This document shows positions 47,135 through 57,291 of a DNA stretch of 64,000 nucleotides, piece after piece. Position numbers and translations under genes: made by a program. Source of the stretch: Verrucomicrobiia bacterium (GTDB lineage Bacteria; Verrucomicrobiota; Verrucomicrobiia; Limisphaerales; UBA8199); the NCBI GenBank assembly GCA_036524155.1, contig DATDCV010000050.1:412-64411 (forward strand). The letters run 5' to 3'. The notes under the pieces were generated by a model. The model made no database searches. It was not told where the DNA came from and saw nothing but the letters and a program-made list of their open reading frames with translations. Numbering within the stretch: the stretch's first letter is position 1; each line of letters starts with the position of its first letter.

Positions 47135-49237
47135 CTAGCTGTCCCCTGTGGCGATGAGTACCACCAGCGAGCGAGATCCAGCGCGATACGTTCGCCCGCC
47201 AACCACAGGGGCAGCCGGCCAATCCTGGATGTCGTGGGGGGATTCCAGCGATGTATCAATCCATCGGCGCCATCGATGGCTGGCAACGCGCTTGTCCGAT
47301 GGCAGGTCAAATTCAAGCGGTTCCCAGTAGGCATTGAAGATAATGTAGAAGGAGAGGCTCTCCTCCGTCACTTGCGCACTGAAAGCCAGGCTGTGGGACT
47401 GGGGGCTCCAGTCGGGTTGTTGCAGCTTGACCCCATGCCACTCCTTGGTGGCGCTATGCAGGAGTTGGTTTAAACTGCGCCTTTGGCATTCACTGTCCAT
47501 TTTGCGCAAGGCGCGGCGGGTTGCCAGAAGCTCCACGAACCGATGAAGACCCACGTGCTGCTGCACCAGGTTCCAGTCGAACCAACTGGTTTCATTGTCC
47601 TGACAGTAGGCGTTGTTGTTCCCGCCCTGACTCCGCCGCGCTTCGTCGCCCATCAAGAGCATGGGCACGCCCACCGAAAGCAGGGTCACAGCCAGAAAGT
47701 TTTTAATCTGCCTCTCACGCAGCTTTTCGATAGCTGAGTCGCCGCACGGCCCTTCCACACCGCAGTTCCAGCTTCGGTTATCATTGGCCCCATCGCGATT
47801 GTCCTCGCCGTTGAGTTCGTTGTGCTTTTGGTCATAAGACACAAGATCATTAAGGGTGAACCCGTCATGGCAGGTGACGTAGTTCACGCTTTGCTCGGCC
47901 TCCCTCTCTTTGTGCCCGTAAATCTCGGGACTGCCGAGGAACCGGTCGGCCAATCGCCCGACAAAACCGTCTTCCCCGCGGAAGAAACTGCGCACATCAT
48001 CGCGGAAGCGGCCGTTCCATTCCTTCCAACTGTCGCCGATGAAACTGCCGACCTGGTAAAGGCCGGCAGCGTCCCACGCTTCGGCAATCAGCTTGGTTCC
48101 CGCCAAAACCGGGTCGGACTCGATGTCCCACAACACGGGAGGGTTGGGCAGAACCCGGCCCAAAGGATCGCGCGCGAGGATGGAAGCAAGATCGAAGCGA
48201 AAGCCATCCACGTGCATCGTTTCCACCCAATAGCGAAGGCTGTCAACGATGAGCCGGCGAACGATCGGGTGGTTCGCGTTGAGGGTGTTGCCCGTGCCGC
48301 TGAAATTCGCGTAGCGGGACTGGTCAGCATCGAGCAGGTAATAGATCGAATTGTCCAGACCGCGCAGGCTGATCGTCGGGCCGGTTTGGTCCACTTCCGC
48401 GGTGTGGTTGAAGACCACGTCCAGAATGACTTCCAGCCCTTGCCGGTGCAGGGCTTTCACCATGTCCCGAAACTCATCGATCGGCCCGAGCGGGTCACGC
48501 CGCGAGCTGTAACCGTGGTGAGGCGCGAAGAACGAAACTGGCGCGTAGCCCCAATAGTTTACCTTGCCCGGAGGGCAGTCCTGCGGATCGAACTGGAAGA
48601 CCGGCAGCAGCTCGACTGCCGTGATGCCCAACTGTTTCAAATAAGGAACCTTCTCGATCAGGCCCGCATACGTTCCACGCAGATTTTCCGGTAAGCCAGA
48701 GCTCGGATGCCGAGTGAAGCCCCTGACGTGCATCTCGTAGATGATCGTTTTGGAGGACGGTCGATTCAGCGGCTTGTCGCCTTCCCAACCGTAGGTCGAA
48801 GGATCGACCACCACGCTTTTCATAGCCGTGGCGCAGTTGTCGCCCGGGCGACGGGCGGCCTCCCGAGAATAGTTCGGGGGGACGACAACCCCGCACCCAT
48901 AGGGGTCGAGCAAGAGTTTGTTGGAATCGAAACGCAACCCTCTCGAGGGCTCGAATTCACCCCGCGCGCGGTAGCCATAAAGCTGGCCCGGTTGTAGTCC
49001 CGGGATAAAGGTGTGCCAATAGTGATAGCTGCGGCTGTTCGCCGGGTCCAATGGGATTACCCGCGCCGGCCTTGGATCGTCCTCCCGGTCGAAGAGCAGC
49101 AATTCCATTGCCGCCGCGTTTCGCGAGAAGACGCTGAAGTTGACGCCGCCATTGACGAAGGTGGCCCCCAACGGCGAACTTCGTCCTCGGGTTCCAGTTC
49201 GAGGCATTGCTTTCTGGGTCAGAACGTGTTCGAACAA
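47135..49237 (-). CDS. glgX: glycogen debranching enzyme (isoamylase-type, GH13 with N-terminal CBM48)
   Basis: Has PLGATFVNGGVNFSVFS, YHYWH..PGQLYGYR, YWGYAPVSFFAPHHGY, DGFRFDLAS and EAWD. The length is 700 aa. Confidence 0.92.
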   Translation of the reverse strand: MFEHVLTQKAMPRTGTRGRSSPLGATFVNGGVNFSVFSRNAAAMELLLFDREDDPRPARVIPLDPANSRSYHYWHTFIPGLQPGQLYGYRARGEFEPSRGLRFDSNKLLLDPYGCGVVVPPNYSREAARRPGDNCATAMKSVVVDPSTYGWEGDKPLNRPSSKTIIYEMHVRGFTRHPSSGLPENLRGTYAGLIEKVPYLKQLGITAVELLPVFQFDPQDCPPGKVNYWGYAPVSFFAPHHGYSSRRDPLGPIDEFRDMVKALHRQGLEVILDVVFNHTAEVDQTGPTISLRGLDNSIYYLLDADQSRYANFSGTGNTLNANHPIVRRLIVDSLRYWVETMHVDGFRFDLASILARDPLGRVLPNPPVLWDIESDPVLAGTKLIAEAWDAAGLYQVGSFIGDSWKEWNGRFRDDVRSFFRGEDGFVGRLADRFLGSPEIYGHKEREAEQSVNYVTCHDGFTLNDLVSYDQKHNELNGEDNRDGANDNRSWNCGVEGPCGDSAIEKLRERQIKNFLAVTLLSVGVPMLLMGDEARRSQGGNNNAYCQDNETSWFDWNLVQQHVGLHRFVELLATRRALRKMDSECQRRSLNQLLHSATKEWHGVKLQQPDWSPQSHSLAFSAQVTEESLSFYIIFNAYWEPLEFDLPSDKRVASHRWRRWIDTSLESPHDIQDWPAAPVVGGRTYRAGSRSLVVLIATGDS

Positions 49238-49258
49238 AGTGCTAAAGCCTCTGACGGG

Positions 49259-49456
49259 CTACTCGTTTAGCCCCCAATGCCGGTATTCGGTCTGGCCTGA
49301 GTTTTCCTCGGCTTTAATCAAAAGCAGGGCTTCCCGCAATTGCTGTTCACTGTTTGGATCCGGTGTCTCAGGTGCCCGTGCGAGCTTGGCGGCCACCGAC
49401 CTGAATCGTTTCAAGAAGAAGTCAGTGAGCGATTTGAGCAGGGTTGTCTGTTTCAT
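49259..49456 (-). CDS. possible 65-aa hypothetical protein between tkt and glgX
   Basis: MKQTTLLKSLTDFFLKRFRSVAAKLARAPETPDPNSEQQLREALLLIKAEENSGQTEYRHWGLNE. It overlaps the unusual 3' extension of tkt by 35 nt in another frame and ends 21 nt before the glgX start. Confidence 0.25.
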   Translation of the reverse strand: MKQTTLLKSLTDFFLKRFRSVAAKLARAPETPDPNSEQQLREALLLIKAEENSGQTEYRHWGLNE

Positions 49457-51590
49457 AAAGCGCAGGTTGTCTGGCCGAAAACACTCCGGACGGGTCGCCG
49501 GCGATTGGGATGAACCTTTTATCCGGGCAAGGCCTCCGTAGACCCCGCAGTTCTTTGGCGATAGCCACGACCCACTCCGGCTCGAAGCCGAACTTCTTTT
49601 GAAGTTCTTTGAGCGGCGCCGAGGCTCCGAAACTGCGCATACCGATAACCCGGCCGTTTGCGCCAACATAACGTTCCCAGCCAAAGGTCGAGGCCTGTTC
49701 GACAGCGAGGCGGGCCTCGACATCAGCGGGCAGGACACTGTCCCGGTATTCCTGACTCTGTTCCTCGAAGAGCTCCCAGGATGGCATCGAGACCACTCGG
49801 GAACGGATGCCCTCCACCAGCAGTTTCTCATGGGCTTCGACAGCGAGAATGATTTCGCTACCCGAGGCAATCAGGATGAGCTCGGGGTTTGCGCCGGGCG
49901 CATCGGCCAGGACGTAAGCGCCTTTCGATACCCCTGCGGCGGGAGCATATCTACTTCGATCCAGGGTGGGTAACGGCTGGCGAGAGAGGACGAGAACGGC
50001 AGGTTTGCGCCGCAAGCTCATGACGTACCGATAGGCTTCAACGACCTCATTGGCGTCGCCGGGCCGCAATGTCACTAGGCCTGGAATGGCGCGAAGTGAG
50101 GCCAAGTGCTCGACGGGTTGGTGGGTCGGGCCGTCTTCACCGTCGCCGAGGGCGTCGTGAGAGAAGATGAAAAGAGCGGGCAGTTCCATCAGGGCGGAGA
50201 GCCGGATGGCCGGCCGCATATAGTCAATAAAGACAAAGAAGGTGGCGCCAAAGCCGCGCAACTTGGACAGCGCCAACCCGTTGACGATCGCGCCCATCGC
50301 ATGCTCGCGAATCCCGAAATGCAGATTCCGGCCGCCTGGACTGGCCGCCTGAAAGTGTCCAGCGCCTTCAAAGGTCAGCGTGGTCTTGTTCGATGGACCC
50401 AGGTCTGCCGAACCGCCGAGAAGCCACGGGATGTTCTGTGCCAGAACATTCAGGACCTTGCCTGAAGCTTCGCGGCCCGCTAGCCCTTTTGTATCGGCTG
50501 GAAAGACCGGCAGATTGCGGTCCCACCCCTTGGGCAACTCGCGTCTTTGCATCAACTCGATCTCGGCTGCCAACTCGGGGAACTTGTCTCGGTAAGCCGA
50601 GAAGAGGGTTAGCCACTCACGACGGGCTGCACTGCCCCGAGCGCCAATCCCCGCAGCAAAATGAGCATAGACTCCGTCCGGCACGAAGAACTTCGCGTCT
50701 TCGGGCCAACCATAACTGCGCTTGGTCAGTCGGACTTCTTCCTCGCCCAGGGGCTCGCCATGCGCTTCTGAACTGTCCTGCTTGTGGGGAGAGCCATAGC
50801 CGATGTGGCTGTCCAGAATGATAAGAGCAGGTCGGCCTTTGGTTTGGCGGAAGACTCGGAGCACCCTCTCGATTCCGTCCACGTCATTGGCGTCTCCAAC
50901 GCGCAAGACGTTCCAACCGTAGGCAAGAAACCGAGCCGCCACATCCTCGGTAAAGGTGATGTTGGTGCTCCCTTCAATCGTGATGTGGTTGTTGTCGAAA
51001 ACCCAGCAGAGGTTTTCGAGGGCCAGGTGGCCGGCGAGCGAGGCCGCCTCCGACGAGATGCCCTCCATCAGGCATCCATCGCCGCAGACAGTGTACACCT
51101 TGTAGTTGAACAACTCGAAACCTGGCCGGTTGTAGCGGGTGGCGAGCCATTTCTGGGCGATGGCCATGCCGACCGAGGTGGCGACACCTTGGCCGAGCGG
51201 GCCAGTGGTGGTCTCCACGCCGGAAACCCACCGGTACTCGGGATGCCCCGGCGCCTTGCTGCCGAGCTGTCGGAACCGGCGAATGTCGTCAAGGGTCACC
51301 GCCGTTTCGCCCGACCGCTCGTAATCGGGATCCACCGCTTGCACGCCGGTTAGGTGAAGGATGGACCAGAGCAGCATCGAGGCGTGCCCGTTGGACAGCA
51401 CAAACCGGTCCCGGTTTGGCCAGATTGGGTCCTGTGGATCATATTGCATCACTCGATTCCAAACAGTGTAGATCAATGGCGCCAGTGCCATCGGCGCCCC
51501 AGGATGGCCGGACTTGGCCTGCTGAACGGCATCTATGGATAGGGTGCGGATCGTGTTTATCGCCAATTGGACTATGTTCTCTTCTTTCAT
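49422..51590 (-). CDS. tkt: transketolase
   Basis: Has SGHPGAPMALAPLIY, RDRFVLSNGHASMLLW, GPLGQGVATSVGMA, GDGCLMEGIS and HDALGDGEDGPTHQP. It is 722 aa, about 45 aa longer at the C-terminus than the usual ...FGF-x-x-x-x-VV-x-x-AKEL end. Confidence 0.93.
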   Translation of the reverse strand: MKEENIVQLAINTIRTLSIDAVQQAKSGHPGAPMALAPLIYTVWNRVMQYDPQDPIWPNRDRFVLSNGHASMLLWSILHLTGVQAVDPDYERSGETAVTLDDIRRFRQLGSKAPGHPEYRWVSGVETTTGPLGQGVATSVGMAIAQKWLATRYNRPGFELFNYKVYTVCGDGCLMEGISSEAASLAGHLALENLCWVFDNNHITIEGSTNITFTEDVAARFLAYGWNVLRVGDANDVDGIERVLRVFRQTKGRPALIILDSHIGYGSPHKQDSSEAHGEPLGEEEVRLTKRSYGWPEDAKFFVPDGVYAHFAAGIGARGSAARREWLTLFSAYRDKFPELAAEIELMQRRELPKGWDRNLPVFPADTKGLAGREASGKVLNVLAQNIPWLLGGSADLGPSNKTTLTFEGAGHFQAASPGGRNLHFGIREHAMGAIVNGLALSKLRGFGATFFVFIDYMRPAIRLSALMELPALFIFSHDALGDGEDGPTHQPVEHLASLRAIPGLVTLRPGDANEVVEAYRYVMSLRRKPAVLVLSRQPLPTLDRSRYAPAAGVSKGAYVLADAPGANPELILIASGSEIILAVEAHEKLLVEGIRSRVVSMPSWELFEEQSQEYRDSVLPADVEARLAVEQASTFGWERYVGANGRVIGMRSFGASAPLKELQKKFGFEPEWVVAIAKELRGLRRPCPDKRFIPIAGDPSGVFSARQPALYETDNPAQIAH

Positions 51591-51604
51591 CGGAATCGCC
51601 TTGG

Positions 51605-52054
51605 TTATGTCGCTTTCTCCAGGGCGGCCACCTTGCCGAGTCGCCGCAGGTGTCTTTCAGCCTGGCTGTATTCGGCCGCCAGGAAGGTCTGAACCAAGTC
51701 CCACGCGACGGCCGGACCGACCGTCCGGCCGCCCATGCACAGGACGTTCATATGGTCGTCTTCGACTCCTTGCCGGGCCGAGAAGTGGTCGTGGATCAGG
51801 GAGGCACGGACGCCTGGAATCTTGTTGGCGCAAACGGAAGCCCCCACGCCACTGCCGCAAATGGCGATTCCGCGCGTCACCTGGCCGGATGCCACGGCCT
51901 TCGCCAACCGAGTCACGTAGTCGGGGTAATCGTCATCGGATTTGGGTTCGTGGGCCCCGAAATCAACCACCTCGTGGGCCGCCATGCGAAGTTGCGCAAC
52001 CAATTCTTCTTTTAGACCAAAGCCGCCATGGTCGGCGGCAATTCCAACTTTCAT
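51605..52054 (-). CDS. rpiB: ribose-5-phosphate isomerase B (RpiB/LacA/LacB family)
   Basis: Starts at MKVGIAADHGGFGLKEEL. Has GIAICGSGVGASVCANK and RQGVEDDHMNVLCMGGR. Confidence 0.9.
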   Translation of the reverse strand: MKVGIAADHGGFGLKEELVAQLRMAAHEVVDFGAHEPKSDDDYPDYVTRLAKAVASGQVTRGIAICGSGVGASVCANKIPGVRASLIHDHFSARQGVEDDHMNVLCMGGRTVGPAVAWDLVQTFLAAEYSQAERHLRRLGKVAALEKAT

Positions 52055-52070
52055 GATCTTCCTATGGGGT

Positions 52071-53030
52071 TTACGCGAGAGCTGCCAAACCTTTCCGCTC
52101 AACGGTGGTCGGCTTCCTGGGTGCTCTCTTCGTTGTTGAGGCCTCGAAGATGCTCTGAACCGTGGCATCGAGGCGGGTGTGGAACTCGTAATCCGATTGC
52201 TGCGCCGTCAATCCCTCGACCAAAGCCCGCGAAAAGCTCGCAATAACCCCGTGATTCCGCCGCAGCCGCGCGTTGGCTTCTGCCCGCGAGTAACCTCCCG
52301 ATAGCGCAAGCACCCGCACCACCTTCGGATGTGCTGCGCAGTCGGCGTACAAATCATCTTCCTGTGGCAACGTAAGCTTAAGGAAGACCCGTTGTCCCGG
52401 AGGCAGCCTGTCGAGCTGCTCGAGCATGAAAATCTTGAGGAAGCCCTCGGCGCGGGACCTCTCGGGACAGTGAATGTTCACCTCCGGTTCGATGATAGGC
52501 GTCAAGCCCGTGGCCAGGATTCTGGCGGCGACCTCGAACTGCTGACTTGCGATGTCCCTGATTCCAGCGAGGTTGACCTGGTTGATCACCGAACGCATTT
52601 TGGTACCGAAAATGCCCTTCGCTTTGGCGTTTTCGAGCAGCCTCTCAAGCTGAGGCATGGGTTTCATCAGGCGCACCCCGTTCTTTTCCTCCGCAAGCCC
52701 GTTGTCCACTTTCAGAAATGAAACGATTCCTTTGACGGTCCAGAGATAGTCGGCGGTAGGCCTGCCGTGAACGTTCCGATCCATAGTGTTCTCAAAAAGG
52801 ATCGTGCCAAGAATCCTGTGACCGTCGAAGCTGGGGCTGGTGATGATTCGAGTGCGCATCCGATGCATGATCGCAAACATCTCGTCTTGGTCGGGCCACG
52901 ATGTTTCCTTGATACCATAGGCAGCCAGAGTTTTGGGCGTGCTGCCACCGCTCTGGTCCAGTGCGGCCACAAAGCCAGGCTGGCTCTTCATTTTCTGCAG
53001 TTGTTGCTCGTTCAAGCCAAGTGAGTTCAT
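52071..53030 (-). CDS. fda: fructose-bisphosphate aldolase, class I (Fda type)
   Basis: Starts at MNSLGLNEQQLQKMKSQPGFVAALDQSGGSTPKTL. Has PFLKVD-like FLKVDNGLAEE, IIEPEVNI, LSGGYSR and ASFSRAL. It is collinear with staphylococcal-type class I Fda as I remember it. Confidence 0.9.
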   Translation of the reverse strand: MNSLGLNEQQLQKMKSQPGFVAALDQSGGSTPKTLAAYGIKETSWPDQDEMFAIMHRMRTRIITSPSFDGHRILGTILFENTMDRNVHGRPTADYLWTVKGIVSFLKVDNGLAEEKNGVRLMKPMPQLERLLENAKAKGIFGTKMRSVINQVNLAGIRDIASQQFEVAARILATGLTPIIEPEVNIHCPERSRAEGFLKIFMLEQLDRLPPGQRVFLKLTLPQEDDLYADCAAHPKVVRVLALSGGYSRAEANARLRRNHGVIASFSRALVEGLTAQQSDYEFHTRLDATVQSIFEASTTKRAPRKPTTVERKGLAALA

Positions 53031-53154
53031 GGCATTTGTTTTCATCTCCGTTAATGCCAGATGAGGTTGTTCCGATTTATCGTGGGAAAGCTTTGGTTCT
53101 ACGATGCTATGCAATTCGGGAATCATTCAGTGTTGCCTCCTTTTGCTTCGGCGA

Positions 53155-54555
53155 TCATAACTCGATGATCTCCATCTGGTGGTGGCCGGGGGCAGGACGC
53201 TTGGTCAGGATAACAAACTCGCCTGCCAGCCCATGCTGCCGGACCCAGTTCTTTAAATACTTCGGCCACGAAGCAGGAGCCTTGCGTTCACGAACTGGCA
53301 CAACGCCGTACGAGAAAAGCAGGTCCTGACTGGTCTTCTCATCCGGGCAGACCGCAACCACGGGGATCGGCAAGTGCAGCGAGGCCAGGCCCCGCGCCGT
53401 CGCGCCGGTCACGGACGGAACCACCACCGCCGCCGGTTGCAGGTATCTCAAACTGGCTTCGACGCTCACGGCGATGAGGTGTTTGGGCCGCACACGCCCG
53501 GTCAGTTCGACTCCGGCGAACTTTTCGTCCACCGAAATGCGCCGGCGCGTCGGCTCAACAGCAGCGGCGATCCGGGCCAGCATTTCGACCGCTTCGACCG
53601 GAAACGCGCCCATCGCGGATTCCCCCGACAACATCACGCAATCCGTGCCATCGAGAATCGCGTTGGAAACGTCCGTTGCCTCGGCGCGCGTGGGCAGCCG
53701 GTAGGCGGTCATTGATTCGAGCATTTGCGTGGCGGTGATCACCGGTTTTGCCAGCAGGCTGGCGCGCCGCATGATGTCCTTCTGCACGATAGCAATTCGC
53801 TCAATCGGCACCTCCACTCCCAGATCCCCGCGCGCAATCATGACGCCGTCGGCCGCCTCCAGAATCTCGTCGAGCCGGTCGAGCGCACGCGACCGCTCGA
53901 TCTTAGCGATAACAAATGGTTGCCGCCCACACCGCTGCGCCGCAGCGCGCACCGCGTTCACGTCAGCCGCACTTTCGACAAACGACTGACTCACTGCGTC
54001 GACGCCGTTTTCGAGGGCGAACTCAAGGCATTCGCGGTCGCGCTCCGTGAAGGCGCTGATGCCGAGGTCAATCCCCGGCAGGTTCAATCCTTTGCGCGAG
54101 CGCAACTCGTCGCCCACTTTCACGACGCAAGCAACATCCGCGCCTTTCACGCCGATGACTTCCAGTTGAATGTAACCGTCATTAAGCGAGAGCCCGTTGC
54201 CGGGCTTTACGACCTTCGGCAGCTTGGCGAAACTCACCGATACGCGCTGTTGATTGCCGACGATGTCATCGGTGGTCAGCGTAAAGCGGTCGCCGGCCTT
54301 CAACTGGATTTTCTCCACCCCGAAATTGCCGATGCGCATTTTCGGTCCCGACAGATCCGCCATGATCGCAACGCGCTGTCCGGTCGCGTTCTCGGCGGCG
54401 CGAATATTTCGGATGACGCGCCGGTGAGTGTGGAACTCGCCGTGAGAGAAGTTCAGTCGGGCGACATTCATGCCGGCGCGGATCATTTGCCGGAGAATGG
54501 CCGGTGATTCTGAGGCTGGGCCGATCGTGGCGACGATTTTGGTCTTCGGGTGCAT
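53155..54555 (-). CDS. pyk: pyruvate kinase
   Basis: Has KTKIVATIGPAS, MNVARLNFSHG, DLSGPKMRIG, MIARGDLGVEVP and MLSGESA. Confidence 0.93.
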   Translation of the reverse strand: MHPKTKIVATIGPASESPAILRQMIRAGMNVARLNFSHGEFHTHRRVIRNIRAAENATGQRVAIMADLSGPKMRIGNFGVEKIQLKAGDRFTLTTDDIVGNQQRVSVSFAKLPKVVKPGNGLSLNDGYIQLEVIGVKGADVACVVKVGDELRSRKGLNLPGIDLGISAFTERDRECLEFALENGVDAVSQSFVESAADVNAVRAAAQRCGRQPFVIAKIERSRALDRLDEILEAADGVMIARGDLGVEVPIERIAIVQKDIMRRASLLAKPVITATQMLESMTAYRLPTRAEATDVSNAILDGTDCVMLSGESAMGAFPVEAVEMLARIAAAVEPTRRRISVDEKFAGVELTGRVRPKHLIAVSVEASLRYLQPAAVVVPSVTGATARGLASLHLPIPVVAVCPDEKTSQDLLFSYGVVPVRERKAPASWPKYLKNWVRQHGLAGEFVILTKRPAPGHHQMEIIEL

Positions 54556-54599
54556 GGTCGGGGCGTGGCGATTCCGCTATTTATGATCTTCGCGTCACT

Positions 54600-55685
54600 T
54601 CAAGCCGCTTGTTTGAGCATTTGGCTCTTGGAGGCAATCACGGCGAGCAATTCTTCCCAGGACTTCACGAAGGCTTTGGCGCCGTCGGTCTGGAGTTGAG
54701 CGCCCAGAGCGTCCAAATTGACCCCAGCCTTGCAGAACCGCGTCAGTACCGCTTCGCCATCGCCGCCATCGGCGGACATGATCGAGCCAAGCTCGCCGTG
54801 ATCAGCCAGGGCCAGCAAGGTGGCTTCCGGCATCGTGTTGATGGTGAAAGGGGCCGCCAGCGCTTTGACATAAAGCACGTCCGAGGCTTTAGGATCCTTG
54901 GTGCCGGTACTGGCCCATAGCAGCCGTTGCGGCCAGGCGCCCGCGTTGTAGGCGCGATGCCAGCGCGGCGAAGCCAGCATCTCTCGGTAGGCTACATAGG
55001 TGCGGTTGGCCATCGCAATCCCAAGCTGGTTATTCAAGGCAGGTGGAACCTTGCCCGCCACGGCGCCATCCCAACGGCTGACAAAGACCGAGGCAACCGA
55101 ACCGACATCCGGCTTGAGTCCGGCGGCGATTCGCCGCTCGATGCCGCGTAGGAAGGCATCCGCCGCCGCAAGATATTGCTCCCTCGAAAAGAGGAGCGTC
55201 ACATTGACTGGTATGCCGGAGAAGATCGCTTCTTCAATGGCTGGCAAGGCCTCTTTGGTTCCGGGGATCTTGATGAAGACATTGGGCCGGCCTGCGCGGG
55301 CGTGCAACTCCTTGGCGGCGGCCAAGGTGCTGGCCGGGTCGTACGCCAATACCGGCGAGACTTCGAGGGAAACCCAGCCATCCAGGCCCTTCGTCTGATC
55401 GAAAATTGGCCGGAAAAGGTCTGCTGCCCGAGTGATGTCCTGGAGCGCGAGCTCGAAAAACAGAGATTCTCCGGCTTTGCCTTGGACGAGGCGCACCCGA
55501 ATGGCCGTATCGTAGGCCTTGCTGTTCTTGATGGCGTGGTCGAAAATCGACGGATTCGAGGTCAGACCGGTGACGGACAACTCCTCGATGTAGCCTTTGA
55601 GTGTTCCGCTATTGAGCAAGTCGCGGATGATGTTGTCGAGCCAGAGGCTCTGGCCAAGGTTATGCAGTAGTTTAGTCGCTTTCAT
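54600..55685 (-). CDS. tal: transaldolase (long, actinobacterial-type)
   Basis: Starts at MKATKLLHNLGQSLWLDNI. Has VTGLTSNPSIF and VFIKIPGT (Schiff-base Lys context). The track ORF start at 55715 would overlap malQ. Confidence 0.9.
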   Translation of the reverse strand: MKATKLLHNLGQSLWLDNIIRDLLNSGTLKGYIEELSVTGLTSNPSIFDHAIKNSKAYDTAIRVRLVQGKAGESLFFELALQDITRAADLFRPIFDQTKGLDGWVSLEVSPVLAYDPASTLAAAKELHARAGRPNVFIKIPGTKEALPAIEEAIFSGIPVNVTLLFSREQYLAAADAFLRGIERRIAAGLKPDVGSVASVFVSRWDGAVAGKVPPALNNQLGIAMANRTYVAYREMLASPRWHRAYNAGAWPQRLLWASTGTKDPKASDVLYVKALAAPFTINTMPEATLLALADHGELGSIMSADGGDGEAVLTRFCKAGVNLDALGAQLQTDGAKAFVKSWEELLAVIASKSQMLKQAA

Positions 55686-55698
55686 CTTTTGTTGTTGT

Positions 55699-57291
55699 TC
55701 AATGCAAGGCTTCATGGGTTTGTGGCTCGGCCATTACTTGGGCCGTGCGCTCACTGGAAATCGTCAACTTGCGCAGCCGCTCGAAAACCGGGGGCTTGAG
55801 CATCTCCTCCGTGCAGCGCCAACGCCAATTGCCGTTAGCGACGCCGGGCACGTTCATGCGGCCTTCGACGCCCAGATTCAGGAGGTCCTGGAGTGGAGCG
55901 ATGACCAGGCCGGAAGACGATGCCCATACTGACCGGATACAATCCCAGGCGATTTCGCCAGTCGCGGCGCCAGCCCTTGCCGCATAACCGCTGGCAACCT
56001 GGCGCACATGTTCCGGCAGAGATTCATACCAGCCCCGAGTGGTGTCATTGTCGTGCGTTCCCGTATAGGCGACGGTGTTCGGGACGCAATTGTGGGGGAG
56101 ATGCGGATTACCCGGATTGCCATCGAAACCGAATTGGAACACTCGGATTCCCGGCAGCTCGAACTGATCCCGAAGCCCAACTACATCCGGAGTGATGGTG
56201 CCAAGGTCCTCGGCAATGAAAGGCAAGTGGCCCAACTCCGCCTGTACGGCCTCAAAGAAACCGGCGCCGGGTCCGGGCACCCAGTGCCCCGGTGCGGCGG
56301 TTTTCGCCTCCGGCGGCACGTGCCAGGCCGCGCAAAAAGCCCGGAAATGGTCAAGTCGGATCAAGTCCACGTGGGCCAGCAACGACGTCAGGCGGTCAAT
56401 GCACCAGCGATAACCTGAGCGGCGAAGGGTTTCCCAGTCATACACTGGGTTGCCCCAGAGTTGCCCTTTGGCGCTGAAATAATCCGGAGGCACGCCGGCC
56501 ACGAAGCGGGGCCGAAGATTAGCATCGAGCTGGAAACACTCGGGATTGGCCCAGACATCGCTCGAATCGAGCGACACAAAGAATGGCAGATCCCCGATGA
56601 GGAATACGCCGCGGTCGTGGGCATATTCCTTTAAGTAGTTCCCCTGACGCGAGATTAAGAACTGCCCAAACCGGCTCTCGTAGATTTCGTCGGCCAGGTC
56701 CCGACGCGCACGCGCCAGGGCCGAAGGACTGCGCTTGAGCAAGTCCTCTGGCCAGTCGAGGAGGCGAGCGCCGCCCAACTGCGCTTTCAAGGCGCGGAAG
56801 AGCGCGTAGTCGTCCAGCCAATGGGCTTCTTCCGCGCAGAATTGCTCGAAGTTGGCCCAGAGCCTCGGGTGCTCGGAAGGGTCAAAATTGCGCCAGGCCT
56901 GGTCCAGCAACCGATGCTTGATAGCAATCACAGCGTCATAATCAACCTCGGTCTCGGGGAGGTGCTTGCCTTCTTCGCAATCGCTTGGACTGAGCAACCC
57001 GTCCTCGATCAACAAGTCCGGGCTGACCAGCAGTGGGTTGCCGGCGAAGGAGGAGAGGGCTGAATAAGGCGCGTTGCCACATCCAGTGGGGCCCAAAGGC
57101 AGCGCCTGCCACCACCTTTGGCCGGCATCGTGGAGCCGGTCCACCCACGCAAATGCAACGGGCCCCAAGTCGCCAATGCCGTAAGCAGATGGCAGCGAGG
57201 TTACATGCAGCAGCACCCCGGAGCTACGGTGCCCTGGCCTGAACGGAGGAAGCACGGATTGGTGCTCAAGCTCTTTCATTACACCGGGCAC
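55699..57291 (-). CDS. malQ: 4-alpha-glucanotransferase (amylomaltase, GH77)
   Basis: Has RSSGVLLHVTSLPSAYGIGDLG, YSALSSFAGNPLLVSPD, LIRLDHFRAF, IAEDLG and YTGTHDNDT. The alternative start MKELEH at 57279 gives a TAATG overlap with the glgP stop. Confidence 0.9.
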   Translation of the reverse strand: MPGVMKELEHQSVLPPFRPGHRSSGVLLHVTSLPSAYGIGDLGPVAFAWVDRLHDAGQRWWQALPLGPTGCGNAPYSALSSFAGNPLLVSPDLLIEDGLLSPSDCEEGKHLPETEVDYDAVIAIKHRLLDQAWRNFDPSEHPRLWANFEQFCAEEAHWLDDYALFRALKAQLGGARLLDWPEDLLKRSPSALARARRDLADEIYESRFGQFLISRQGNYLKEYAHDRGVFLIGDLPFFVSLDSSDVWANPECFQLDANLRPRFVAGVPPDYFSAKGQLWGNPVYDWETLRRSGYRWCIDRLTSLLAHVDLIRLDHFRAFCAAWHVPPEAKTAAPGHWVPGPGAGFFEAVQAELGHLPFIAEDLGTITPDVVGLRDQFELPGIRVFQFGFDGNPGNPHLPHNCVPNTVAYTGTHDNDTTRGWYESLPEHVRQVASGYAARAGAATGEIAWDCIRSVWASSSGLVIAPLQDLLNLGVEGRMNVPGVANGNWRWRCTEEMLKPPVFERLRKLTISSERTAQVMAEPQTHEALH

